Shown here: positions 9,711-18,065 of the stretch, piece by piece
Numbering within the stretch: the first letter of the stretch is position 1
Layout: each line of letters begins with the position of its first letter
NCBI GenBank assembly: GCA_041499035.1
Contig: JBGQJK010000003.1
Location: forward strand, 1,953-65,952
Reading direction: 5' to 3'
DNA from: Patescibacteria group bacterium
Lineage (GTDB): Bacteria > Patescibacteriota > Microgenomatia > UBA8517
Length of the DNA: 64,000 nt
The notes under the pieces: generated by a model
The model's input: the letters and a program-made list of their open reading frames with translations, nothing else
Database searches by the model: none
What the model was told of the DNA's origin: nothing
Made by a program: the position numbers and the translations under genes

Positions 9711-10625
9711 CTAGGAATTATACCTTTTCTTCTTGAACTCCGCAAGGAAGACGCCGATGGCTATTATCACTGAGCCGATTATAAAGGGAGGTGTGATTTT
9801 CTCTTTCAACCAGAGAATTGAGAGCGGAATGCCAAAAATAGGGTACAGGTAGGCAAAAAGCCCGGCTTCACTGGTTTCTATCGACTTTATGGCCTTGAAC
9901 CAAAGATAATAGCCTAAAGTCCCGGAAAGGATGGCCATATAAAATACACCTAAGTGGTAGGGGAATGGGGTCGTGTATATGGTATGTAGTATATTGGCAG
10001 GCGACTGTGAAAAGAGGAGGACTGGGAGAGTTGTTGCGAACCCGACCATGAAGGAAATGTGGGTGGAGGCAAGGGCTTCAACTTCTTTTCTAAGAATAAC
10101 CTTTTCCAAAATCACGTTTGCGGTTCCGATAAGCACCGAGCCAAAAACCAGAATATTGCCGATAAGGCCGGAAAGTCCGTCATTAGTTTTTAGTGCCGGC
10201 TCAATCACTGCGATGAGGGTTCCGGCAAGCGCGATCAGGATCCCAATCGTTTCCCTTCTGGTTACATGCTCTTTAAGGAAAAATACGCCCGCAACAACGA
10301 TGGTAATTGGGGCAATTGCCGAAATTAAATTTAGATCAATCGAGGTTGTACGTTCGGCTCCCCAAAAAAGTAGGAGAAGGGAAGCAGTTGTGCCCAAGAA
10401 GCCGTTAAATATGGTTAGCCAAAGTATTTTTGGATTTTTAGGAAATTTCGAAATTCCAAGAATAAAAAAGGGAATTGCTACTATTGTTGAGATTAGGAAC
10501 CTGTAGGTTAAAAAAACCGGAGTAGTAAAGCCCCCGAGAGTGTATTTAATAACAACTCCGGCCACACCCCAAATCACAGAAACAATAAGTAGTTGAATGT
10601 AAGCGCGAACTCGAGCAGGATTCAT
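9711..10625 (-). CDS. EamA/DMT-superfamily transporter
   Basis: A 10-TM hydrophobic profile with two EamA-like halves. Confidence 0.75.
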   Translation of the reverse strand: MNPARVRAYIQLLIVSVIWGVAGVVIKYTLGGFTTPVFLTYRFLISTIVAIPFFILGISKFPKNPKILWLTIFNGFLGTTASLLLLFWGAERTTSIDLNLISAIAPITIVVAGVFFLKEHVTRRETIGILIALAGTLIAVIEPALKTNDGLSGLIGNILVFGSVLIGTANVILEKVILRKEVEALASTHISFMVGFATTLPVLLFSQSPANILHTIYTTPFPYHLGVFYMAILSGTLGYYLWFKAIKSIETSEAGLFAYLYPIFGIPLSILWLKEKITPPFIIGSVIIAIGVFLAEFKKKRYNS

Positions 10626-11504
10626 TTAGATTAGGTCGATAATTCGGTCAATTCCAAAGGAAAATCCGACTGCAGGAATTGGGCGGCCTGCAAACATTCC
10701 GATCAAATTGTCATATCTCCCGCCACCCCCAACCGAAAGACTGTTGGGAGTTTTATCAAGTTTTAATTCAAAAATAGTTGATGTGTAATAATCTAATCCT
10801 CTCGCAATATAGGGGTTGAATGTAAAATCACGTCCTTCTTCAAATTTTGCCTCAGAAAGAGCATAAAAAATTTTGTCGAGTCTATTGGGTTTTGCGGCTG
10901 TTTCCAGGTTATTTAGATTGGGAACAGCTTTTAGAACTTCGTCGCGTCCGATCTTGTCAATTTTATCAATTGTTCTAACTTCTTCCGCCGTAAAGTTCCA
11001 CTCATCAAATATCGACCTGTCATTAATCTGTAAAATTGCATCGCCAAGATCCAGTTCCCGCGCACTTTCGATTGCTGCTGAAATTACTTTGACATCAGAC
11101 TCGATTTCAGAAGAGCCTACAGTATCAAAATCAAACTGCGTGAACTCGCGTCTCCTGCCTTTTTGGGGATTTTCGCCTCTAAAAACCTGACCTATTTGGT
11201 ACCTACTAAAAGTTGGACTAAGAAGGCCGAGATTATTGGCAACAAAGCGGGCCAGAGGAACGGTTAAATCGTATCTTAAGGCTAATTTACGGCCTCCTTT
11301 GTCGGTGAGTTGGTAAATCAATTTCTCGTCTTCACCATATTTTCCCAATAATGTTTCTGCAAACTCGAGAGTAGGAGTTTCCAGAGGCTCAAAGCCATAT
11401 TTTTCAAGCACGGGAACAATGGCGTTTACCATTAAACGTCTCTTCTTGGCTTCGTCAGGCATAATATCTCCAAAGCCTTTAGCTGTAACCGGCCCTTTTC
11501 TCAT
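10626..11504 (-). CDS. Histidyl-tRNA synthetase-like class II catalytic domain with no anticodon-binding domain (HisS core or HisZ-like)
   Basis: HisRS motif 1 (YGFEPLETPTLEFAETL), a motif 2 region (KLALRYDLTVPLAR), motif 3 (GGGGRYDNLIGMF...GFSFGIDR). The ORF ends about 100 aa earlier than canonical HisS. Confidence 0.75.
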   Translation of the reverse strand: MRKGPVTAKGFGDIMPDEAKKRRLMVNAIVPVLEKYGFEPLETPTLEFAETLLGKYGEDEKLIYQLTDKGGRKLALRYDLTVPLARFVANNLGLLSPTFSRYQIGQVFRGENPQKGRRREFTQFDFDTVGSSEIESDVKVISAAIESARELDLGDAILQINDRSIFDEWNFTAEEVRTIDKIDKIGRDEVLKAVPNLNNLETAAKPNRLDKIFYALSEAKFEEGRDFTFNPYIARGLDYYTSTIFELKLDKTPNSLSVGGGGRYDNLIGMFAGRPIPAVGFSFGIDRIIDLI

Positions 11505-12049
11505 AGTTTCTCCTCTCTTCTATTATCGATGATAGCTAGTAAAAGCTCAACCGCTTCTTTCGGTGTCTTGGCTTTTTCTATCTTTATACTTTTCCTTTCA
11601 TCTAAGAATTTTCCCGCGAATTTTTTGCCATAGCCATCAAAGTTTGTTAGAGCAACCATCGGAATTTTATTTCTGTAAGCAACAATCATCTCTTGCAAAG
11701 TTCCCGCGCCACCACCGAGAATAATAACTCCATCGCTAGAAAGTATCAGAGGAGGTGTATCTCCACCTGTTTCAGAATTTGTTACTATTTCCACATTAAT
11801 GTATTTGTTTGACACATTTCTCAGATTTCCTCTAACCACACCCACAGTTGTTCCATTCTTGGATATTGCCCCTTTAGCCACGGATTCCATTATTCCGCTC
11901 TTTCCGCCGCAAAAAACAATACAACCTTTTTGTGCGAGGAGTTTACCGATGGTTCCTGCGGCTTTGTATACTTTAGGGCCGGGCTTTTTGTATTTATATT
12001 CCTCGGGTCCGGCCGGACCAATAACGGCGATTTGTAATTTTTTATTCAT
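11501..12049 (-). CDS. LOG-family protein (TIGR00730 Rossmann fold; cytokinin riboside 5'-monophosphate phosphoribohydrolase-like)
   Basis: GGKSGIMESVAKGA and GGGAGTLQEM motifs. Confidence 0.8.
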   Translation of the reverse strand: MNKKLQIAVIGPAGPEEYKYKKPGPKVYKAAGTIGKLLAQKGCIVFCGGKSGIMESVAKGAISKNGTTVGVVRGNLRNVSNKYINVEIVTNSETGGDTPPLILSSDGVIILGGGAGTLQEMIVAYRNKIPMVALTNFDGYGKKFAGKFLDERKSIKIEKAKTPKEAVELLLAIIDNRREEKL

Positions 12050-12863
12050 TTTTTAGTTTTCTGAGCGTTTCAAGGATACCATTAAAAGTGTTTAAATCAT
12101 CAACGTATTTTTCCCTGTACCTATCAACTACTATTTTAGATTTTTCTCCATCCCCGATAAAGGACGAAAGGCTGTTATTGGCAGGTATGCCACTCGAACC
12201 TTGATATAAAACATTTGTTGTAACACTTATATATCCAGGTAAGCTGCTCTTAAAGATATTTGGGGCCTGTCTAGGTTTAGCTTGGAGAGGGGATAGAGTC
12301 ATCCATGTGGCTGCATACCATTCCAAATCATCCCTTGGGTCTAAAAATGAACGAACTGACTGTGCAGTCGAACCGCTCATTAAGACGTCGTCGATTACAA
12401 CACAAGAGTTAAGTTTTGAAGGGAGCCTCTCTCTAACAACATTTCTTCCTGTGGTAACGTCGACTCTATTCACGGACATTTTTTCACTCAAAATCCGTCT
12501 AACGTCCAGGTCAAGCCAACTAAAAAATTTGAAGATCTCAGGCCTTATAAGCTGCTTTACTGTTTGGGCTCCGTTACCCGGGAAAATCAAAATACTTTTC
12601 TCCGGATCAAGTTTTTCGAGAATGCTATCCAATCTGTTATTTAGTGTTATTCCGAGCCCTTCGGCACTATAGAAATAGGTAAAACCTTTACAGGATATAA
12701 TGAAGAGTTCAACAAGTTCTTTAACTTGATCCCCATTTTCTGGGTTTCTAAATGCCACGTCATCAATACCCAGGCGCTCTCTGGAGTTATCTATAAGTTT
12801 AAACTCAGAGTAGTCTAGATTAGGGAACCTTTCCCTTATTAGTTGTTCGTATTCTTTTCCCAT
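12042..12863 (-). CDS. Phosphoribosyltransferase-domain protein (type I PRTase PRPP-binding motif); function unknown
   Basis: VVIDDVLMSGSTAQSV PRPP-binding loop; it overlaps the LOG gene by 8 nt, so the two form an operon. Confidence 0.6.
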   Translation of the reverse strand: MGKEYEQLIRERFPNLDYSEFKLIDNSRERLGIDDVAFRNPENGDQVKELVELFIISCKGFTYFYSAEGLGITLNNRLDSILEKLDPEKSILIFPGNGAQTVKQLIRPEIFKFFSWLDLDVRRILSEKMSVNRVDVTTGRNVVRERLPSKLNSCVVIDDVLMSGSTAQSVRSFLDPRDDLEWYAATWMTLSPLQAKPRQAPNIFKSSLPGYISVTTNVLYQGSSGIPANNSLSSFIGDGEKSKIVVDRYREKYVDDLNTFNGILETLRKLKNE

Positions 12864-13113
12864 AAAAAAACCTCGTTCACGTCCACAACCCTACGGTTAT
12901 GAAGGAACGAGGGTCTTAATTAAAGGCTTTTGCCATTAAAAAAGGACCTCCGCGGTCCCATCCTTTTTCCCTAAATATTACTCTAGGGCTCTTGGTCCAT
13001 CTCTACTTTGCGGTGACAATGGTTAGTATCTTTTTACGCTTTTCCCTGCGTCCTCGATTTTGCGAGGCTCCTCGTGTCGCGTGACTGACACTCAAACGGA
13101 TTTATTCGACTAA
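12864..13113 (-). promoter_or_regulatory. ~250-nt 5' leader of the PRTase-LOG-hisS-like operon. It contains an intrinsic attenuator terminator and an SD-sequestering hairpin, making it a candidate riboswitch or attenuator.
   Basis: On the minus strand the order is consensus promoter, ~150 nt, GGACC-GCGGA-GGUCC followed by U6 (12958-12938), ~45 nt, then CCUCGUUC-26 nt-GAACGAGG followed by U7 and AUG. The GAGG Shine-Dalgarno lies inside the 3' arm of the last hairpin. Confidence 0.45.
12938..12958 (-). terminator. Intrinsic terminator hairpin (GGACC/GGUCC stem, U6) inside the leader
   Basis: The plus strand reads aaaaaa-ggacc-tccgc-ggtcc, which is the reverse complement. Confidence 0.55.
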
Positions 13114-13119
13114 GTAGGA

Positions 13120-13147
13120 ATTATAGCAGGAAAAGGTTGGTTGTCAA
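13120..13147 (-). promoter_or_regulatory. Consensus sigma70-type promoter: TTGACA, 16-nt spacer, extended −10 TGcTATAAT
   Basis: The reverse complement of 13120-13147 is ttgacaaccaaccttttcctgctataat. The −35 overlaps the stop codon of the upstream GNAT gene. Confidence 0.6.
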
Positions 13148-13653
13148 ATTTTGAGTGTGTAAACATATTCGTCCCTGTAGCTGCCGTCGGGGTATTTTAC
13201 GCTCTCGGGGAGTGTGGCTACTTTCTTAAATCCGAATTTTTCGTACAGATTGGTGGCGGGGGAGTTGCCGGAATTTACAAAAAGCTGGACCTCTTCGACT
13301 TCCGAAGCCATTTTGATCCTGTCGATCAAGTATTTCATCAACCTGCTTCCGACTCCCTTTTCCCGTTCACTCACGGCTACGCAAAAGTCCGAGAGATTTA
13401 CTATGTGTTTTTTGTTCGGCAGTGAGTTACTAGCCATAAGCGCGTAGGCGGTCAAAGTGTCATCGTTAAATAGACCATAATAGCCAAAACCTGGGAAGTG
13501 TGACCAGTAATTAAGCCTGTCTGCAAAAAAACTAAGGGGAGCGCCATCTTCTACCTCAAAGTTGGAAAGCCAGGCTTTCGGATCTGCCCTTAGTGTTTCA
13601 AGGCGCAGTTTTTTAAACTCGGCAGCATCGCTTTCGTAGAGAAGCCTGATCAT
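13144..13653 (-). CDS. GNAT-family N-acetyltransferase
   Basis: The acetyl-CoA-binding motif region VSEREKGVGSRLMKYLIDR. Confidence 0.8.
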   Translation of the reverse strand: MIRLLYESDAAEFKKLRLETLRADPKAWLSNFEVEDGAPLSFFADRLNYWSHFPGFGYYGLFNDDTLTAYALMASNSLPNKKHIVNLSDFCVAVSEREKGVGSRLMKYLIDRIKMASEVEEVQLFVNSGNSPATNLYEKFGFKKVATLPESVKYPDGSYRDEYVYTLKI

Positions 13654-13675
13654 TATTTTATATACCAGATTAGCA

Positions 13676-14713
13676 CTAACCCTGAGATATTAGAACCTGG
13701 AAGATTGATCTAACGGAGCTTACACCTTTATCGTCCGTAGCCACAACATAAATTATTACGTCACCTGCGCTGAGGTTACCCAGTTTTGTACTTACCATCT
13801 TGCCCGCTTTTATAGTTTCAATATCCGTTTTTGAGTCGGGTTTAACCGAATCTCCCGTATTATCAAATACATTGTTTACGCTCAAGATTTTTTTGGCCAC
13901 AGCAGTAAGGCGCGCTTCTTTGATACTAATTTTAGGTTCCGTGATTGGGGCAGTAACTAAAATGCGCTGGGCGCTTAGGACCGAATTTCCATCAATATAT
14001 CCCATAGCAACTATAATGTCTCCGATTGCAATATCGGTCGGCTTTACTTGTTTGGCGGTCGGCCCCACCGAATTGATTACGCTCGTTGAGGCACCGAGAG
14101 AAATTTGCTTGATCTCGCTTATGGCGGTTTTAATCTGAATAGTTGAATCCGTAATGTCGGTTACTGTTCCGATATAGGCTTTAGGACGGCTTAGAGTATT
14201 TGCAACATCCTGCGCAACTTTAGCCCTTATATCGGAGGTTCCGCTAGCGTTTGCGTCCGGCGAGCTTACCGGAACCGTCTTGGTCTGGAAACTGGAAGAA
14301 TAAACAACCAAAACCCCGGTTGCGCTTTGGCTTCCCGCTACCTCAAACGCGGTTATCTTTATTTGATTTACACCGGCTACCAAATTCACATCCTCTGTAA
14401 ATGCGCCGCTTGTGTCAGATTGGACGATGTAGTCGCTACCTTCACCCGAAAGGGTTACCCACGAGCTTGGCTTGGTTAAGCCCGAAACAGTAACCGAATT
14501 CTCCGTAACCACATCGTCATTCTCCGGTTTATCCAAAACAATCTTGAATTCACCTGCCGCTGCCTGTTTTGGAGTGGGTGAGGCCTTGCTCTGGTCAGTT
14601 TTTTTATTTGGGGTTATTGTTGTGTTAATCCGCCAGACTCCAAATGCGATAGTAAGTCCCAGAACTATCCCTGCAATGATTGCCCAAAGAACTTCTTTTC
14701 GCATTGAGCTCAC
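13676..14713 (-). CDS. N-terminally anchored, secreted hypothetical protein
   Basis: An N-terminal TM (LWAIIAGIVLGLTIAFGVW), then a Thr/Ser/Val-rich beta-strand-like sequence. Confidence 0.55.
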   Translation of the reverse strand: MSSMRKEVLWAIIAGIVLGLTIAFGVWRINTTITPNKKTDQSKASPTPKQAAAGEFKIVLDKPENDDVVTENSVTVSGLTKPSSWVTLSGEGSDYIVQSDTSGAFTEDVNLVAGVNQIKITAFEVAGSQSATGVLVVYSSSFQTKTVPVSSPDANASGTSDIRAKVAQDVANTLSRPKAYIGTVTDITDSTIQIKTAISEIKQISLGASTSVINSVGPTAKQVKPTDIAIGDIIVAMGYIDGNSVLSAQRILVTAPITEPKISIKEARLTAVAKKILSVNNVFDNTGDSVKPDSKTDIETIKAGKMVSTKLGNLSAGDVIIYVVATDDKGVSSVRSIFQVLISQG

Positions 14714-14880
14714 AATATAATAGATTGAGCTATTTAAGTCAAGGTTAGTAAAAAGTAGTCTTGCAGTCAGACCTGCGATTTGCTAGAGTGCAAGGAGAAT
14801 TATCAAATAAGCAAATAAATTTCAAATTATTAAATCATTTATTTGTAGATTAAGTTATTTGTAGATTTGTTTATTAACGT

Positions 14881-15534
14881 ATGGACATCACTTATTTAGG
14901 ACATTCTTCATTTAAAATCAAAACCAAAACTGCGGCCGTAGTTACCGATCCGTTTGATCCTAAGATGGTCGGACTCAAATATTCCGGAGTGGAAGGCGAA
15001 ATTGTCACGGTGTCGCATGCCCACCCCGATCACAATTTTGTTGAGAAGGTTAACGGTATGAAAAAAGTGGTTCAAGGCCCGGGGGAGTACGAGATTTCGG
15101 GGGTAAGCATCTGGGGTTACAATACCTTTCACGATAATCATGGAGGTGCAGAAAGAGGCGAAAACACGGTATATGTTATCGAAGCAGAAGGACTTCGTCT
15201 GGTTCACTTGGGGGATATTGGTCATTTACTTTCCGACGAACTGGTTGACGAAATAGGGGACGTTGACGTTTTGATGATTCCGGTTGGCGGTTTTTTTACA
15301 ATCGGACCAAAGGAAGCAACTGAAATAATAAGTAAAATAGAACCTTATTTTGTGATTCCGATGCACTATAAAATTGCGGGTCTTGCCCCGGTGCTTTCCG
15401 AAAAACTCCAGCCTCTCGATATCTTTTTAAAAGAATCGGGACTAACAACAGAAACTTTGCCCAAGTTTTCACTCAAAAAAGAAGATATATTGGAAGATCA
15501 GAGCACAAAGGTGATAGTGCTCGAAAAAAAGTAG
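14881..15534 (+). CDS. Metallo-beta-lactamase-fold hydrolase (UPF0173 family)
   Basis: MDITYLGHSSFKIKT...VTVSHAHPDH...HLGDIGH. Confidence 0.8.
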   Translation: MDITYLGHSSFKIKTKTAAVVTDPFDPKMVGLKYSGVEGEIVTVSHAHPDHNFVEKVNGMKKVVQGPGEYEISGVSIWGYNTFHDNHGGAERGENTVYVIEAEGLRLVHLGDIGHLLSDELVDEIGDVDVLMIPVGGFFTIGPKEATEIISKIEPYFVIPMHYKIAGLAPVLSEKLQPLDIFLKESGLTTETLPKFSLKKEDILEDQSTKVIVLEKK

Positions 15535-15550
15535 CTGCCCTTCAAACATA

Positions 15551-16876
15551 ATGGCTACTCAAAATCCAAATGTTCGCGTTCCGCCTCATTCGCAAGAAGC
15601 TGAAGAATCTGTTCTCGGGGCGATGCTACTCGATAAAGATGCGGTTATTGCCGTTGCGGAATTCCTTTCTGCCGAAGATTTTTACGATGAAAGATTAAAA
15701 GCGATTTATGAAGCCTGCCTCGATCTTTATGAAAGTAGGACCCCGATTGACGTTTTGACTGTTACCGATAGGCTTAAAAAAAGAAAAGCCTTAAAAAATA
15801 TCGGCAGTTCATCATTTCTTGCCGATCTGGCCAACAAAGTTCCGACAGCAGCTCACGTTGAGCACTATGGCAGGATTGTAAAGGACACGGCTACAAAACG
15901 TGCTCTGATGTCCGCAGCCGGGAGGCTTGTGGAGAGTTCAATGGACGAAGGACTTACCGCAAATGAATTGATGGACTCTGCCGAAAGCCAAATATTTTCG
16001 CTTTCGCAGAAAAATCTGTCGCAAAGCTTTACGGCAGTCAGAACAGCGCTAGCCGAAAGTTTTGACCGTTTGGATGAACTGCATAAACAAGGGGAGGGAA
16101 TGCGGGGAGTGCCCACGGGGTTTCCCGATTTGGATGACGCCTTGGCAGGAATGCAGAAAAGCAATCTTCTGATCCTGGCCGCCAGGCCCGGAGTAGGTAA
16201 AACCTCGCTGGCCATGAACATTGCTCAGTATGTGGCGGTTAATCTTAAGCGTCCCGTTGGCTTCTTCTCACTCGAAATGAGCAAGGAAGAGCTAGTGGAC
16301 CGGCTTTTGGTCGGTCAAGCCGACATAGATGCCTGGAAGCTTAAAACCGGTAAACTCGACGAGGACGATTTTACAAAGCTCAGTAATGCCATGGGAGAGC
16401 TTGCAGAGGCCCCGCTCTACATTGACGATACTCCGGCCCTCTCCGTCTTGGAAATGCGTACCAAAGCACGCCGTCTTCAGGTGGAAAATGGCCTGGACTT
16501 TCTTGTTGTCGACTACCTCCAGCTGGCCAGGTCGAGGAATCTCGAAAACAGAGTTCAGGAAGTTTCGGAAATTTCGCAGGGCATGAAGAATCTGGCCAGG
16601 GAGCTTAAAATCCCGGTTCTGGTTCTTTCCCAGCTAAGCCGTGCCATAGAAACACGGGGCGGTAAAAAACCCCAGCTTGCCGATCTTAGGGAGAGCGGGA
16701 GCATTGAGCAGGACGCGGATGTTGTGATGTTCCTCTGGCGTGAGGATGATGAAAACATAGAGAATATTACTCTCGATATTGCCAAACACAGAAACGGACC
16801 TTTAAAGAATATTCCGCTTCGCTTTAGAGGGGACAGGATCAAATTCTTCAGCCGTGACACAAAACACAAAGCTTAA
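15551..16876 (+). CDS. dnaB: Replicative DNA helicase DnaB
   Basis: N-terminal PPHSQEAEESVLGAMLLD, Walker A (ARPGVGKTSLAMNIA), and RecA-like motifs (VVDYLQL, SQLSR). Confidence 0.9.
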   Translation: MATQNPNVRVPPHSQEAEESVLGAMLLDKDAVIAVAEFLSAEDFYDERLKAIYEACLDLYESRTPIDVLTVTDRLKKRKALKNIGSSSFLADLANKVPTAAHVEHYGRIVKDTATKRALMSAAGRLVESSMDEGLTANELMDSAESQIFSLSQKNLSQSFTAVRTALAESFDRLDELHKQGEGMRGVPTGFPDLDDALAGMQKSNLLILAARPGVGKTSLAMNIAQYVAVNLKRPVGFFSLEMSKEELVDRLLVGQADIDAWKLKTGKLDEDDFTKLSNAMGELAEAPLYIDDTPALSVLEMRTKARRLQVENGLDFLVVDYLQLARSRNLENRVQEVSEISQGMKNLARELKIPVLVLSQLSRAIETRGGKKPQLADLRESGSIEQDADVVMFLWREDDENIENITLDIAKHRNGPLKNIPLRFRGDRIKFFSRDTKHKA

Positions 16877-16881
16877 GTGAG

Positions 16882-16966
16882 TGCCGAGGAGAGGAGTCGA
16901 ACCTCCACGGAGTGTTACCTCCACAGGTTTTTGAGACCTGAGCGTCTGCCATTCCGCCACCTCGGC
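16882..16966 (-). tRNA. tRNA-Leu, anticodon CAA (type II, long variable arm); CCA not encoded
   Basis: Manual fold of the reverse complement GCCGAGG-UG-GCGGAAUGGCAGACGC-U-CAGGU-CUCAAAA-ACCUG-UGGAGGUAACACUCCGU-GGAGGUUCGACUCCUCU-CCUCGGC-A. It has a 7-bp acceptor stem, a 5-bp anticodon stem, a 7-nt loop with CAA at positions 34-36, a 17-nt variable arm, and a UUCGACU T-loop. Confidence 0.85.
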
Positions 16967-17019
16967 GCTTTGTAATTTTAACACAAATGAAGCTATGAAG
17001 TTAGTTTTTAGCCAGGGGA

Positions 17020-17580
17020 TTATACCTGTGTAGGTACTTCCATCCCGATTGGTAAAACTCCAATCTCGACGTTACTTACACCTGGTGACCACTCGCCGTT
17101 AACACGCGCAATATCCTCCTGAGTATAAACTTTTCCTACTACTACAGTCCCGTCCCCTACACGCGACCAAAACGGTAGTAAATTTTTTCCACTCTCCCGA
17201 TATACTTTATCTACAGCTTCCAACAGAGTTGCGGCATTAGGAGCTGGCGCAAATTTGACCCCTGGGTTTGTCTCGCGTATCTTTGAATTAAATTCTTGTA
17301 TCATCTTTATCTGGACATGCCAAGGTTGATTGTAGCTCTCAGGCAGGGCACCTTCGGAAGGCAAAAATATGGTACCATTTAAACCCTTTACTTTACTCAT
17401 TTCTTTCCTTGCTGCTTTCAGGCGATCAGAGTCGATATGAATTCGAAGATAACCGCTTTCCAGCTCCTCGATGCTTTTACCGGCCAAATTAATCCTATAT
17501 AGCCCGTTTACCAATTCTACAGTATGAGTGCGTTCAACCATTGATTTCTGTTTTATAACACGCGAACCGGACTGTGTCAA
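17020..17580 (-). CDS. Hypothetical protein
   Basis: A 186-aa ORF with no recognisable motif. Confidence 0.45.
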   Translation of the reverse strand: MTQSGSRVIKQKSMVERTHTVELVNGLYRINLAGKSIEELESGYLRIHIDSDRLKAARKEMSKVKGLNGTIFLPSEGALPESYNQPWHVQIKMIQEFNSKIRETNPGVKFAPAPNAATLLEAVDKVYRESGKNLLPFWSRVGDGTVVVGKVYTQEDIARVNGEWSPGVSNVEIGVLPIGMEVPTQV

Positions 17581-17582
17581 AT

Positions 17583-18044
17583 TTAGTTTTTGAGCCAGAG
17601 GATCACGGCTCCGATTGTCAAAACCTGAGTTATTATGCCCCAGAATGGGGTCGTGTCCACTTGAAGCGATTTTTGGAATTTAATCCAGTTTTTAAGGAAT
17701 TTATTGCGCATTTTTAGAAAGAAGTAAGGGGACTCAATCAAATCGGGGAGAACCGAGGCAAAAGATGCGCCCAGGATTGTAACCGCGTGGCCGGTATCAG
17801 GAAGGGCCCGCCAGGCTATAAATGATCCGACAATGAGTGCGAGCGTTACATCGAGAGCAATAATAGTCAGACTTTTTTTAGTCGGCGCACCGAATTTCTT
17901 AGTCTCGGTAACAATGTGGGGGTTCCAGTGGGGGACGCGCTCCAAAACAAAATGGCTGACAAAGGCCAGCGGGATCGCGATCAAGGGGTTTGGAATCTTC
18001 GTCGCAATCGCGGCACCTATTGCGACGTGGGGGGTTTCAAGCAT
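17583..18044 (-). CDS. Hypothetical membrane protein
   Basis: A 153-aa hydrophobic ORF. Confidence 0.45.
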   Translation of the reverse strand: MLETPHVAIGAAIATKIPNPLIAIPLAFVSHFVLERVPHWNPHIVTETKKFGAPTKKSLTIIALDVTLALIVGSFIAWRALPDTGHAVTILGASFASVLPDLIESPYFFLKMRNKFLKNWIKFQKSLQVDTTPFWGIITQVLTIGAVILWLKN

Positions 18045-18065
18045 GGTGACTACTATGATATTATC

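Noticed and set aside
12920-12965. T-box riboswitch: ...UUAGGGAAAAAGGAUGGGACCGCGGAGG resembles the T-box consensus UUAGGGUGGNACCGCGG. The N is G, which would match the C73 discriminator of tRNA-His, and a HisRS-like gene is in the operon.
   Set aside because: The conserved-looking segment itself forms the 5' arm of the terminator hairpin rather than an antiterminator bulge. There is an 8-nt insertion relative to the consensus. I could not identify a Stem I with a K-turn or specifier loop. Kept only as a possibility to test with the Rfam T-box model.
17916-18065. Track start of the 253-aa membrane ORF at 17916, overlapping the 3'-to-5' end of the convergent or divergent gene 17583..18044 by about 130 nt
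   Set aside because: The upstream part, GVPVGDALQNKMADKGQRDRD..., is hydrophilic and unlike the rest of the protein. It is more likely read-through of non-coding or antisense sequence. The start was trimmed to the ATG at 18066.
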